62,477 nucleotides of DNA from Burkholderiales bacterium (GCA_038249905.1 JBBSCX010000001.1:1-62477), one strand, 5' to 3'. Counted from the stretch's first letter, positions 14,243 to 23,702 are shown. The notes: generated by a model not told the origin, from the letters alone. A program made the numbers and translations.

Positions 14243-14923
14243 TCAGGCGCGCACGTTGTTCTGCGCCATGCGGCGGCGCAGGCCGGCGGTGGCCAGCAGG
14301 CCAGCCAGCAGCATCAGCGCGGTGCTGTTCTCCGGCACCGGGGCCATGGCTTCGAAACGCACGTTGTCGATCGTCATGTCGTAGCCGGCCGGACCACTGA
14401 ACACCAGGGCCAGCGTGCCGCCCCAGGCGTTGATGACGTCCTGGCTGGCGCCCAGCGCGAAGCTGATGGGCCCGGGCCCGCCAAAGGCCTGCGCACCCAG
14501 CGTGGTGGTGCCCAGCTTCAGCGTGGCGTTGACCAACAGGTCAGACAGCAGGACGTCGAAATTCAGCGTCATCACGCCGCTGCTGGTGGCCGGAATGAAG
14601 GCGGCAGGCAGGGCCCATGACACCGTGCCGATGGCGCTGAGGACGTCATTGGCCAGCGACAGCTGGCCGTTGTCGAAGCCAGGGCCGGTGGTCAGCCAGC
14701 CGTCCATCGGGTCGGCGGGCGGGCTGGCGTAAGCATGCGTCACGCTGCGCATCAGCAGGTTGCTCATGGTGGCGCCGGTGTCGGTGGTGGCGTACGGGGC
14801 CCCGCCATTCCAGACGAACAGGTCGAACTGCTCGAAGTCGTCCACCAGCACGGTGGTCACGGCGCCGGCTTGGCCCACCAGGCCGGCGGCCAGGGCGGCG
14901 GATGCAATCAGGGTGCGGATCAT
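14243..14923 (-). CDS. PEP-CTERM-like secreted protein (VPEN variant)
   Basis: ATG 14923 with GGAG; signal MIRTLIASAALAAGLVGQAGA; C-terminus PVPENSTALMLLAGLLATAGLRRR. Confidence 0.88.
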   Translation of the reverse strand: MIRTLIASAALAAGLVGQAGAVTTVLVDDFEQFDLFVWNGGAPYATTDTGATMSNLLMRSVTHAYASPPADPMDGWLTTGPGFDNGQLSLANDVLSAIGTVSWALPAAFIPATSSGVMTLNFDVLLSDLLVNATLKLGTTTLGAQAFGGPGPISFALGASQDVINAWGGTLALVFSGPAGYDMTIDNVRFEAMAPVPENSTALMLLAGLLATAGLRRRMAQNNVRA

Positions 14924-14988
14924 GTTCAAGCTCCAGGGTGAGGCAGGGTGTGTCAAGTTTTCAGCCGTGTGGGTTCAGATGCGGGTGT

Positions 14989-15741
14989 TCAGACGCGGGG
15001 GGCGGTCTTGCGGCGGCGCAGTGCGGCGGCCGCGCCGGCCAGGGCCAGCGCCGCCAGCGGCAGCGAGCCGGGCTCGGGCACTTCGAAGCGCAGGTTGTCG
15101 ATGCGCAGGTCCCAGCCGGTCGGGCCGTTCAGTTCCAGTCTCAGCACTTTGTCCGTGCTGGCGGCAATCTGGTTCTGCTGCGCCGCCGTCAGCGCGAAGT
15201 ACTTGCTTACGGGCGCCAGCACCGGGTAGGCGGCGATGCCGTTGTATTGCGCCAGCGCGAGGGTGCCGAACAGGTTGTCGTCGAAGTACAGGTCGGCGCT
15301 GACGCTCTGGTCGGTCAGCAGCAGGTCGAAGGCCAGGCGGGCCGGGCCCAGCGTCGAGGCATCGGGGATGAAGGCCGCGGGCAGGGCCCAGCTCACCACC
15401 ACCTTCGAGTCGCGGCCCGAGGTGTTGGTGATGGCCAGCGTGCCCGGCGGAAAGCCCACGCCCACCTTGGCGTTGGACTGCGCGCCCGGGCTGGGCGGGC
15501 CGGTATGGCTGCCCAGCAGCAGTTCGTGCGTGACGGTGCGCGTGGCAATGCTGTTGGTGGGCGCGTTCACGGCCACCCCGGTGGAGGTCTGGGTGACGCC
15601 GGCGCCGCTGGCCGTGCTGGTGTCATAAACGAACTGTGCGGGCGCGTCGAACGAATCAACCAGCACCACCAGGCCGGCGTGGGCCATCAGGGGTGCAGCC
15701 AGCGCAAAGGTGGCCAGAACGCGCGAGGTGAACTTCTTCAA
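14989..15741 (-). CDS. PEP-CTERM secreted protein, paralog of the downstream gene
   Basis: TTG start at 15741 with AAGGA upstream; signal KKFTSRVLATFALAAPLMAHA; C-terminus VPEPGSLPLAALALAGAAAALRRRK. Confidence 0.88.
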   Translation of the reverse strand: MKKFTSRVLATFALAAPLMAHAGLVVLVDSFDAPAQFVYDTSTASGAGVTQTSTGVAVNAPTNSIATRTVTHELLLGSHTGPPSPGAQSNAKVGVGFPPGTLAITNTSGRDSKVVVSWALPAAFIPDASTLGPARLAFDLLLTDQSVSADLYFDDNLFGTLALAQYNGIAAYPVLAPVSKYFALTAAQQNQIAASTDKVLRLELNGPTGWDLRIDNLRFEVPEPGSLPLAALALAGAAAALRRRKTAPRV

Positions 15742-15797
15742 GATGATTCCTTGGTCGTGGTCGCCCGCCATGTCCGGCAGGCTCTGCCCGGAGTGAT

Positions 15798-15813
15798 TGC
15801 AAGCTGCGGGCCG
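15798..15813 (-). promoter_or_regulatory. Sigma54 promoter of the paralog pair
   Basis: Minus strand CGGCCCGCAGCTTGCA = GG-N10-GC with TTGCA, followed by ATC as in the 6854 site. Confidence 0.65.
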
Positions 15814-15994
15814 CTTTTGCGCGCTTTTGCGCGCTTTGGCCGGTGCCAGCCGCCGCGGGGTCATGGCGCCGCACAAGTCGTGAAATGGCTCCGCATTTGC
15901 GGGCTGCCGCGCCCCGTGGTGGCGGCCTTCCCGGGCCTGTTCAGAAGGGTTCGACGGCGCCTGGCGCGGCCGCTGCAGGCCGGCGCCGTCGGGG

Positions 15995-16011
15995 TGTAAA
16001 AAACGCCGACG
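15995..16011. promoter_or_regulatory. PEP-CTERM-box-like enhancer
   Basis: TGTAAAAAACGCCGACG, similar to the 6934 and 14171 copies. Confidence 0.6.
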
Positions 16012-16229
16012 TGCGCCAGTTGGCACTTGGCGGGCGGTGCGGCACGGCGGCCCCGTCCAGCGGCGCAGCAACAGCAAGCCCCGGCCTTCTTCTTCGCCGA
16101 CGCCGAACGGGCCGGCGGCGCCGGCCTGCCGGCGCACCACCGCCCCAGTTGTTCAGCGCAGCGGCGTCACCCGAGCGCCAAAGACATCGAAAGCTCCCAG
16201 CAGCGGCGCCGTCGCGTCCTGCAGGTGCT

Positions 16230-17312
16230 TCAGCAGACCACCAGCCGCGCACCGGCCGCGGCGGCCGGCGCGATCTGCCCCACCACCGCCGCGTCGGCAA
16301 AGCCATGCGCGCTGAAGCAGGCCAGCACCGCGTCCAGTGCGGCCGGTGTGCAGGCCACCAGCAGGCCGCCGCTGGTCTGCGGGTCGCTCAGCAGGGCCTG
16401 GTCTTCGGGCGCGAAGCCCGCCGGCAGGCTGATGTCGTGGCCGTAGCCGGCCCAGTTGCGGCCCGAGGCGCCGGTGACGAAACCCTGCGCCGCAAGCATG
16501 CGCACGCCGGGCAGCAGCGGCACGGCAGCCCAGTCAAGGTGGATCTCGGCCTTGGCGCCGCGCGCCATCTCCAGCGCGTGGCCGGCCAGGCCGAAGCCGG
16601 TGACGTCGGTCAGCGCGTGCACGCCCTCGATGGCGGCCAGGTCGGGGCCCGGCGTGTTCAGCCGCGTGGTGGTGGCGATCATGCGGTCGTAGCCCTCGGC
16701 GCCGAGTTCGCCCTTCTTCAGCGCCGCGCTCATCACGCCCACGCCCAGCGGCTTGCCCAGCACCAGCAGGTCGCCGGCGCGCGCGTCGGCATTGCGCTTC
16801 ACGCGCCTGGGGTGCACCAGGCCCAGGGCGACCAGGCCGTAAATGGCCTCGACGCTGTCGATGGTGTGGCCGCCCGCGATCGGGATGCCAGCGGCGCGGC
16901 AGATGCTGGCGCCGCCTTCCAGCACGCGGCCGATGGTGGCGGTGGACAGCACGTTGATGGGCATGCCGACGAGTGCCAGCGCCATGATCGGCCGCCCGCC
17001 CATCGCATAGACGTCGCTGATGGCATTGGTGGCGGCGATGCGGCCGAAGTCGAAGGGGTCGTCGACGATGGGCATGAAGAAGTCGGTGGTCGCGATCAGG
17101 GCCTGCTCGTCGTTGAGCTGCCAGACGGCGGCGTCGTCGGCAGTCTCGATGCCGACCAGCAGTTCCTTGGGGATGGGCATCGCGGCCGTGCCCTTCAGGA
17201 TTTCGCTCAGCACGCCCGGCGCGATCTTGCAGCCGCAGCCACCGCCATGGGACAGCGATGTCAGGCGGGGCTCGCCGGCAGGAACTGTGGTGGGGCTGGC
17301 GTTGGTGTTCAT
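16230..17312 (-). CDS. selD: Selenide, water dikinase (selenophosphate synthetase; SenC role)
   Basis: RLTSLSHGGGCGCKIAP, DDAAV, TTDFFMPIVDDPFDFGRIAATNAISDVYAMGG, TDVTGFGLAGH, DPQTSGGLL; ATGA overlap with senB. Confidence 0.96.
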   Translation of the reverse strand: MNTNASPTTVPAGEPRLTSLSHGGGCGCKIAPGVLSEILKGTAAMPIPKELLVGIETADDAAVWQLNDEQALIATTDFFMPIVDDPFDFGRIAATNAISDVYAMGGRPIMALALVGMPINVLSTATIGRVLEGGASICRAAGIPIAGGHTIDSVEAIYGLVALGLVHPRRVKRNADARAGDLLVLGKPLGVGVMSAALKKGELGAEGYDRMIATTTRLNTPGPDLAAIEGVHALTDVTGFGLAGHALEMARGAKAEIHLDWAAVPLLPGVRMLAAQGFVTGASGRNWAGYGHDISLPAGFAPEDQALLSDPQTSGGLLVACTPAALDAVLACFSAHGFADAAVVGQIAPAAAAGARLVVC

Positions 17313-18349
17313 GGTGGACTTCTCCAGGGGTCGGGGGGGGCGAGCAGTTCGGCCATCATGCGGCGCAGCATGTCGCGTTCCTGCGCCGGGGCGAACAAGG
17401 GTGCGCGCGATGCGCACTGCTGCGCCAGGAAGGGCAGCATAGTGGCGTCGTCGCGGCAGCGTCGCAGCCACGCGGCCAGAGCCGCGTCGTCGCGGGGTGA
17501 AAAGATGCCGGTGTAGTCGTCGCCCAGCAGTCCCAGGTTGCCGGCGATGCGCGAGGCCAGCACGGGCGTGCCGCGCACAATGGCTTCGCTGATCACATGC
17601 GCGCCGCCCTCCATCAGGCTGCAATGCAGCAGCACATCGGCCGCGCGGATGCGGCGCAGCGTGGCGCCGTGCGGCTGCGCGCCCAGCCAGCGGTAGTGCG
17701 GACAGGCGGCCATCGTGGCACGGGCCGCGTCGCCCAGCGCGGGGTCGAGCGCGGCGCCGATGTGGCTGATTTCGATGCGCTCGTCGGCGGCCAGGCGCCG
17801 TGCGGCGGCGACCAGGGTCTGCGGCGACTTCTCGTCGCGCAGGTGGCCCACCATCACGGCGCGCAACGGCCTTGCGGCTGGCACCGCCGCAGCCCCGGGG
17901 TCACGGGGGCGGCCGCGGTAGGCGGCAGATTGCAGGCAAACCAGAGTCTTTGCACGGTGCGCGGCCGGCAACGCCTGCACGCCCAGGGGCTGCAACACGA
18001 CCAGTCGGTCGGCCAGGGCCAGCGAGCGCTGGGCGCCGGCGTCGGTGGCGATGTCACGGTACAGGTCGGTGCCGGTCAGCACCACCACCAGCGGTCGCGA
18101 CGGGTGCGCGGCGCGCCAGGCGGCGATGGACGCGGCCGAGCGCTTTGCGTGCAGGGCCAGCAGGGCGACCGCCGCGTCGGCGGGGCCGGCAGCGGCAGCA
18201 GCGGCATCGTCGGCGGCGCGCCAGTGCGGTTGCAGCTCGACCCGATAATCCGGCGCGAGCAGGCGCGCCCAGCGCTGGGCGGTCTGCCAGTTCCCGTTGT
18301 TGGCCGCGGCCAGGGCCGGGGTCACGAGTACGAGGCGAGGGCGCGGCAT
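17309..18349 (-). CDS. senB: Selenosugar synthase SenB (TIGR04348-type glycosyltransferase)
   Basis: VTPALAAANNGNWQTAQRW, ALHAKRSA, VLTGTDLYRD, VGHLRDEK, SLMEGGAHVISEA; directly coupled to selD. Confidence 0.88.
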   Translation of the reverse strand: MPRPRLVLVTPALAAANNGNWQTAQRWARLLAPDYRVELQPHWRAADDAAAAAAGPADAAVALLALHAKRSAASIAAWRAAHPSRPLVVVLTGTDLYRDIATDAGAQRSLALADRLVVLQPLGVQALPAAHRAKTLVCLQSAAYRGRPRDPGAAAVPAARPLRAVMVGHLRDEKSPQTLVAAARRLAADERIEISHIGAALDPALGDAARATMAACPHYRWLGAQPHGATLRRIRAADVLLHCSLMEGGAHVISEAIVRGTPVLASRIAGNLGLLGDDYTGIFSPRDDAALAAWLRRCRDDATMLPFLAQQCASRAPLFAPAQERDMLRRMMAELLAPPDPWRSPP

Positions 18350-19814
18350 GGGGCAGGGATCGTCTTCAGGGGCTGCGGCTGCGTTTTCGACTGCATCTGG
18401 GTCAACGTCTGCGTCTGCGTCAACGTCTGCATCGGCCGTACCGGGCCTCGCCGATGCGGTGCCTGCGCAGGGCCGGTCCGGCCCGCCGGACGCCGAGGGT
18501 AGGGCCATTCGCCAGGCGGGCCGCGATGTGCTGGCTGCCGCGCTGCAGGCCAGCCGCCGCGACACGCTGGCCACCTTCGCGGCTTGCGAGGCGGCGCTCG
18601 GCGCCGGCTTGCCCGTGCCGCAGCGCGCCTGCCTGAACCCGCCGCTGTGGGAGTTGGGCCACCTCGGCTGGTTCCAGGACTGGTGGGGGCACCGGCTGCC
18701 GCCGTCCCAGCGCGCGCAAGGCGCCGCCGCCGACCCGCACACCCCGCGCCGTCCTGCGGTCGCGGTGCACGCCCGCGCCGATGCCGACGCGCTGTACGAC
18801 AGCGGCCGGGTGCCGCACGCCACACGCTGGCAGCTGCCATTGCCCGACGCCGAGGCCACCCGCGCCGAACTCGCGCGCGGTCTGCAGCGCACGCTGGCCT
18901 TGCTGGCCGACCTGCGGGACGACATGCCTGAAGACATGCCGGCCGACCTGTCTGACGATCTGACCACCGACCTGACCACCGACCTGACCACCGACCTGAC
19001 TGCGGCAACGGCGCCCGCAGCGACCGACGCCGCGCTGTACTTCTTCCGCCTTGTGCTGCTGCACGAGGACATGCACCACGAGGCCGCCGTCTACATGGCC
19101 CAGTCGCTGGGCGTGGACCTGCCCGACGCACGCTGGCAGCCGCGCTGCCGGCCCGGGCCGCTGCGCAACCTGCATTTCGCCGCGGGTCCGCATCGGCTGG
19201 GCCACGTCGGACCCGGCTTTGCCTTCGACAACGAGCTCGGCGCGCACCGCGTCGACCTGCCCGCCACCCGCATCGACCACCAGGCCGTGCGCTGGGCCGA
19301 GTTCCTGCCCTTTGTGGACGCCGGCGGTTACGACAACCCGCGTTGGTGGACAGACGCTGGCTGGCGATGGCGGCAGCATGCCGGCCTGCACCTGCCCGCC
19401 GTGCTGCGGCGCGAGGGCGCCGCCTGGCAGCGCCGCACCGGCAGCCGCTGGCAGCCGCTGCAGCCCGACGAGCCGGCCTGCCACCTCAGTGCCCACGAGG
19501 CCCGGGCCTGGTGTGCCTGGGCCGGCCGTCGCCTGCCGACCGAGGCCGAATGGGAGCGTGCCGCATCGCAGGGCGGCAGCGACTTCCTGTGGGGCGACGT
19601 CTGGGAATGGACGGCCAGTGCCTTTGCACCCTACCCCGGCTTTGTCGCCCACCCCTACCGCGACTATTCGGCGCCCTGGTTCGATGGCCGGCCGGTCTTG
19701 CGCGGGGCGTCGTGGGCGACGCAGCCGCGCATGGTGCACCTGCGCTACCGCAACTACTTCGACGCCGACCGCATCGATGTGCCGGCCGGCTTCCGCAGCT
19801 GCACGCTGGGCTGA
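18348..19814 (+). CDS. senA: Selenoneine synthase SenA (EgtB-like DinB + FGE-sulfatase domain); start uncertain
   Basis: LNPPLWELGHLGWFQDWW, HEDMHHEA iron-binding motif, FAFDNE, RLPTEAEWE, GDVWEWT, YRDYSAPWF; adjacent to senB/selD and distinct from egtB. Confidence 0.85.
   Translation: MGQGSSSGAAAAFSTASGSTSASASTSASAVPGLADAVPAQGRSGPPDAEGRAIRQAGRDVLAAALQASRRDTLATFAACEAALGAGLPVPQRACLNPPLWELGHLGWFQDWWGHRLPPSQRAQGAAADPHTPRRPAVAVHARADADALYDSGRVPHATRWQLPLPDAEATRAELARGLQRTLALLADLRDDMPEDMPADLSDDLTTDLTTDLTTDLTAATAPAATDAALYFFRLVLLHEDMHHEAAVYMAQSLGVDLPDARWQPRCRPGPLRNLHFAAGPHRLGHVGPGFAFDNELGAHRVDLPATRIDHQAVRWAEFLPFVDAGGYDNPRWWTDAGWRWRQHAGLHLPAVLRREGAAWQRRTGSRWQPLQPDEPACHLSAHEARAWCAWAGRRLPTEAEWERAASQGGSDFLWGDVWEWTASAFAPYPGFVAHPYRDYSAPWFDGRPVLRGASWATQPRMVHLRYRNYFDADRIDVPAGFRSCTLG
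18921..19004 (+). repeat. Imperfect 12-bp tandem repeat x7 inside senA (DMPE/DMPA/DLSD/DLTT)
   Basis: gacctgaccacc-type units read directly. Confidence 0.85.
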
Positions 19815-19824
19815 AGACCAGCGC

Positions 19825-20901
19825 TCAGGCCGCGAGGAAGACGCCGAAGCCGTCGCCGTCATGGCCGAAGCGGCGCAATTCGCGGCAGCCGGCATCGTGG
19901 AGCAGGGCGCCGAAGTCGTCGGGCCGCCATTTGTAGGAGTTCTCGGTGTGAATGCTCTCGCCAGCGGCGAAACGGCGTTCGCCACCGCCGGCCGCCGTCC
20001 AGCGCACCGACAATGCATGGCGTGCCCGCAGGTGCATCTCGATGCGCGAGTGTTCGCGCTCGAACAGCGCCACATGCTGCCAGGCGCGCGGATCGAAATC
20101 CGCGCCGAGCAGCCGGTTCAGGTGGCGCAGCAGGTTCAGGTTGAAGGCCGCGGTCACGCCCAGCGGGTCGTCGTAGGCGGCCACCATCGCCGTCTCGTCC
20201 TTGACCAGGTCCACGCCGATCAGCAATGCGCCACCGGCCGCCAGGGCATGCGCTTGACGCAACAGGCGCAATGCGGCGTCGGGCGCGAAGTTGCCGATGC
20301 TGCTGCCGGGGTAGAACACCAGCGCCGGCCCGTCGCACAGCGCGGCCGGCAGGGCCAGCGCGGCCGAGAAGTCCAGCCCCACGCCCACCATCGGCAGGCC
20401 CGGGTGCTCGCGCTGCAGCCGGGCCAGCGCGCCGCGCAGGAAGTCCACCGAGATATCGATCGCGACATAACGCCGCGGCTGCAGGGCCGCAAAGAACGAC
20501 GCCGCCTTGGCCCCGTCGCCGGCACCCAGGTCGTAGAGGCTGAAGCCCTGCGGCAGCCGCGCCCGCACCGCCGCGGCGATGGCGCCGCGTTCACGCTCGA
20601 AGATGCCCGCCTCGGCGCGGGTGGGTGTGTACTCGTCGAGTTCGGTGATGGCGTCGAACAGGCGCGAGCCCAGCGCGTCGTAGAAGAACTTGGGGCTGGC
20701 GTGTGCCGGCTGCGACTGCAGGCCGGCTGCGGCCTCGGCCGCCAGACGGTGGGCGTCGGGGTCGTGCAGGGCGTGGAACATCAGCGGCGCAGGGCTTGCA
20801 GCACGGCTTGCAGCAGGGTTTGCAACCTGGCTTGCGACCTGGCTTGCGCCCTGGCCTACAACAGGCCGGGCAGGGGGCGATGCGGGGTCGGCTGGGTCCA
20901 T
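19825..20901 (-). CDS. egtD: L-histidine N(alpha)-trimethyltransferase; start uncertain
   Basis: SPKFFYDALGSRLFDAITEL.EY.PTR.E, DLGAG, PGSSIGNF, AYDD..GVTAAFNLN, IHTENSYK. Confidence 0.93.
   Translation of the reverse strand: MDPADPASPPARPVVGQGASQVASQVANPAASRAASPAPLMFHALHDPDAHRLAAEAAAGLQSQPAHASPKFFYDALGSRLFDAITELDEYTPTRAEAGIFERERGAIAAAVRARLPQGFSLYDLGAGDGAKAASFFAALQPRRYVAIDISVDFLRGALARLQREHPGLPMVGVGLDFSAALALPAALCDGPALVFYPGSSIGNFAPDAALRLLRQAHALAAGGALLIGVDLVKDETAMVAAYDDPLGVTAAFNLNLLRHLNRLLGADFDPRAWQHVALFEREHSRIEMHLRARHALSVRWTAAGGGERRFAAGESIHTENSYKWRPDDFGALLHDAGCRELRRFGHDGDGFGVFLAA
20793..20864. repeat. Imperfect 12-bp tandem repeat x6 in the egtD 5' region
   Basis: ggcttgcagcac / ggcttgcgacct-type units. 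Confidence 0.8.
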
Positions 20902-21066
20902 GGGGCGCGCGCGTGAACGGTGGAGCGGAAGGCGGTCGGGGGCAAATGACGGGCCCGGTCTGCGTTCAAGCCAATGTAGCAGCGTGTCTGCAGCCGGCGC
21001 GGCGATCGGTTCCAATCCCTGGTGCCACCCCAGGGTCGGCCACGACAACCCACAGGAGCCCCATCG

Positions 21067-21933
21067 ATGAACCGCACCACTTTCTTGCATGCCGGCCGGT
21101 TGTGCCTGGCCGCTGCGGCCTTGCTGCTGGCCGGTGCCGCCTCGGCACAGGGCGTGCTGCGCGTCACCACCATCCCCGAAGAGGCGGCCACCGAGCAGGT
21201 GCGCAAGTTCACACCGCTGGCGGCCTACCTGGAAAGGCGAATGGGCATGAAGGTGGAGTTCACGCCCGTCACCGACTACCCCGCGGCGGTCGAGGCGCTG
21301 GTGAACAAGAAGGTCGATGTGGTGTGGTTCGGCGGCTTCACGCATGTGCAGGCGCAGATCCGCTCGGGCGGCAAGATCGTCTCCATCGCGCAGCGCGAGG
21401 AGGACACGCGCTTCCAGTCGGTGTTCATCGCCAAGACCGATTCGGGCATCAAGACACTGGCCGACATGAAGGGCAAGCAGGTCAGTTTCGGCAGCCAGAG
21501 CAGCACCTCGGGCCATCTGATGCCGCGCAGCTTCCTGCTGGCGGCGAAGATCGAGCCAGAAAAGGACTTCCGCCGCATCGCCTACAGCGGCGCGCACGAC
21601 GCGACCATTGCCAGCGTCGTCAGCGGCAAGGTCGACGCCGCGGCGCTGGACATCACGGTGTGGAAGAAGTTCGTGACCGAGAACCGTGTGGACACCAAGG
21701 CGGTGGATGTTTTCTACACCACGCCACCCTACTTCAACTACAACTGGTCGGTGCATGCCGACATGCCGGCCGATCTGCGCAACCGGCTGCAGAAGGCGTT
21801 GCTGGACCTGGATGCCAGCACGCCCGAGGGCAAGGAAATCCTGCAGCTGAACCGCGCCACGCGCTACGTGCCGACCAGCAACGAGAACTACAAGGGGCTG
21901 GAGTCGGCGGCGCGCAGCGCGGGCCTGCTGTGA
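21067..21933 (+). CDS. PhnD-like ABC substrate-binding protein, putative selenate/selenium-oxyanion family
   Basis: Signal peptide; IPEE..F.PL..YL, PVTDYPAAVEAL, WFGGFT.VQA, FGSQSSTSGHLMPR, YSGAHDAT; selenium gene context. Confidence 0.85.
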   Translation: MNRTTFLHAGRLCLAAAALLLAGAASAQGVLRVTTIPEEAATEQVRKFTPLAAYLERRMGMKVEFTPVTDYPAAVEALVNKKVDVVWFGGFTHVQAQIRSGGKIVSIAQREEDTRFQSVFIAKTDSGIKTLADMKGKQVSFGSQSSTSGHLMPRSFLLAAKIEPEKDFRRIAYSGAHDATIASVVSGKVDAAALDITVWKKFVTENRVDTKAVDVFYTTPPYFNYNWSVHADMPADLRNRLQKALLDLDASTPEGKEILQLNRATRYVPTSNENYKGLESAARSAGLL

Positions 21934-22009
21934 TGCCGCAGCCGCAGCCGCAGCCGCAGCCTGCGCCGGCGCCTGCGCGGGGTGCTCGCGCAGCGCGGCG
22001 GCCCGGCGC

Positions 22010-22855
22010 GTGAAGCTCGCACTGGCGGCTGCCAGCGCCCGCCACCCGGCGGCGCGGGCTGGCGCCGCACCTGCGCTGCAAGGCCTGTCACTGCGGGTGG
22101 CCGCTGGCGAGCAAGTGGCCGTCATCGGCCCCAGCGGTGCCGGCAAGACCACATTGCTGCAGATACTGGCCTGCGCCATGCCGCCCACGCAGGGCACTTT
22201 GACGCTGGACGGGGTGGCGCCCTGGTCGCTGCCGCGGCGCGATTTGCAGCGCCTGCGCGGGCGCCTGTTCCTGGCCCCGCAGGTGCCGCCGCTGCCGCCG
22301 CGGCAGCGCGTCGTCACGGCCGTGCTGGCCGGGCGGCTGCCGGCGCTGGGGCTGTGGTCCAGCCTGCGGTCGCTGGCCTACCCGTCGGACATCCCGGCCG
22401 CGCACGAGGCCCTGGCCCGCTTCGACCTGGCCGACAAACTGTTCGAGCGTGTCGACCGCCTGTCCGGCGGCGAGCGCCAGCGGGTGGGCCTGGCGCGCGC
22501 GCTGCTGGCGCCGGCACGACTGTGGCTGATCGACGAACCGCTGTCGGCGCTGGACCCGACCCGCGCCACCCAGGCCATCGCCACCCTGCGAGACGAGGCG
22601 GCGGCGCGTGGCGTGACGCTGGTGGCCACACTGCACCAGGTGGACACGGCGCTGGCGAACTTCCCGCGCATCGTCGGCCTGCGCGACGGTGTGCTGGCCT
22701 TCGACTTGGCCGCGGGCAAGGTGACACCGCGGCATCTGGCAGCGCTGTATGCGCAGCATGAAGACGAACTGCATGGCGGCCCGGCTCCCGCCGCTCCTTT
22801 CGCCGATCTGCCCCTGCCCACCGCAGCCCCGGCGGCGGTGATGCACTGCCGATAG
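22010..22855 (+). CDS. PhnC-like ABC transporter ATP-binding protein
   Basis: GPSGAGKTT, LSGGERQRV, LIDEP, LHQV. Confidence 0.9.
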   Translation: MKLALAAASARHPAARAGAAPALQGLSLRVAAGEQVAVIGPSGAGKTTLLQILACAMPPTQGTLTLDGVAPWSLPRRDLQRLRGRLFLAPQVPPLPPRQRVVTAVLAGRLPALGLWSSLRSLAYPSDIPAAHEALARFDLADKLFERVDRLSGGERQRVGLARALLAPARLWLIDEPLSALDPTRATQAIATLRDEAAARGVTLVATLHQVDTALANFPRIVGLRDGVLAFDLAAGKVTPRHLAALYAQHEDELHGGPAPAAPFADLPLPTAAPAAVMHCR

Positions 22856-22859
22856 GGCA

Positions 22860-23702
22860 GTGAGGGCCGCCATCGCCCCGCCTGTGCGTCCCGCATTCCG
22901 CGACCCGGCCTGGGCCGGCCGCGTCTTCTGGGCCTGCGCCGCTGTGGTGCTGCTGTGGCCGCTGGGCGTGGCCACCGAGTTCCGCCCCTGGGTGCTGGTC
23001 GAGCCCGACAACCTGCGCGTCAGCCGGCAGTTCATCGGCAGCTTCTTCCCGCCGGTCGTCAACGCCGAATTCATGGCGCTGGTGGCGCGCGAGACCTGGC
23101 GCACCGTCGCCATCGCCACGGCCGGCATGACGCTGGCATTCCTGCTGGCCGTGCCGCTGGCGCTGGGCTCGGTGCGGGTGCTGTCGGTATCGGCGCTGTC
23201 GGGCCGCATGGCCCTCGGCCCGGCGTGGGCGCGGCAGGTCTTGCGCAGCGTGATGATCGTGCTGCGCAGCGTGCCCGAACTGGTGTGGGCGCTGGTCTTC
23301 GTGCGCGTCGTCGGGCTGGGGCCGACGGCCGGCGTGCTGGCGATTGCGCTCACCTACGGCGGCATGCTGGGCAAGGTCTATGCCGAAATCCTGGAAAGCG
23401 GCGACACGCATGCGACCCAGACCCTGATGCGCAACGGCGCCGGCCGCCTGCAGACCTTCTGCTACGCCCTGCTGCCGCAGAACGGTGCCGAACTGACGAG
23501 CTACACCGTCTACCGCTGGGAATGTGCGGTGCGCAGTTCGGTCGTGCTGGGCTTCGTCGGCGCGGGCGGGCTGGGCCAGCAGTTGGACAACTCGATGAAG
23601 ATGTTCAACGGCGGCGAGGTCGCCACCATGCTGGTCGTGTTCATGTTGCTGGTCGCCCTGGCCGACCGCGTCAGCAGCGGCTTGCGTCGGGCCCTGGGCT
23701 GA
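22860..23702 (+). CDS. PhnE-like ABC transporter permease
   Basis: LRSVPELVWAL, GMLGKVYAE, YTVYRWECAVRSS..GFVGAGGLG. Confidence 0.9.
   Translation: MRAAIAPPVRPAFRDPAWAGRVFWACAAVVLLWPLGVATEFRPWVLVEPDNLRVSRQFIGSFFPPVVNAEFMALVARETWRTVAIATAGMTLAFLLAVPLALGSVRVLSVSALSGRMALGPAWARQVLRSVMIVLRSVPELVWALVFVRVVGLGPTAGVLAIALTYGGMLGKVYAEILESGDTHATQTLMRNGAGRLQTFCYALLPQNGAELTSYTVYRWECAVRSSVVLGFVGAGGLGQQLDNSMKMFNGGEVATMLVVFMLLVALADRVSSGLRRALG

Noticed and set aside
20620-20640. EgtD EYTPTR instead of the usual EYYPTR as a sign of altered substrate
   Set aside because: Single substitution at the second Tyr; other motifs (PKFFYD, SIGNF, TENSYK) are intact, so evidence is too thin
19825-22317. 830-aa EgtD, 587-aa SenB, 649-aa hydrolase and 500-aa ArsS as domain fusions
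   Set aside because: The N-terminal extensions are open frames overlapping other real genes; starts were trimmed to the conserved regions
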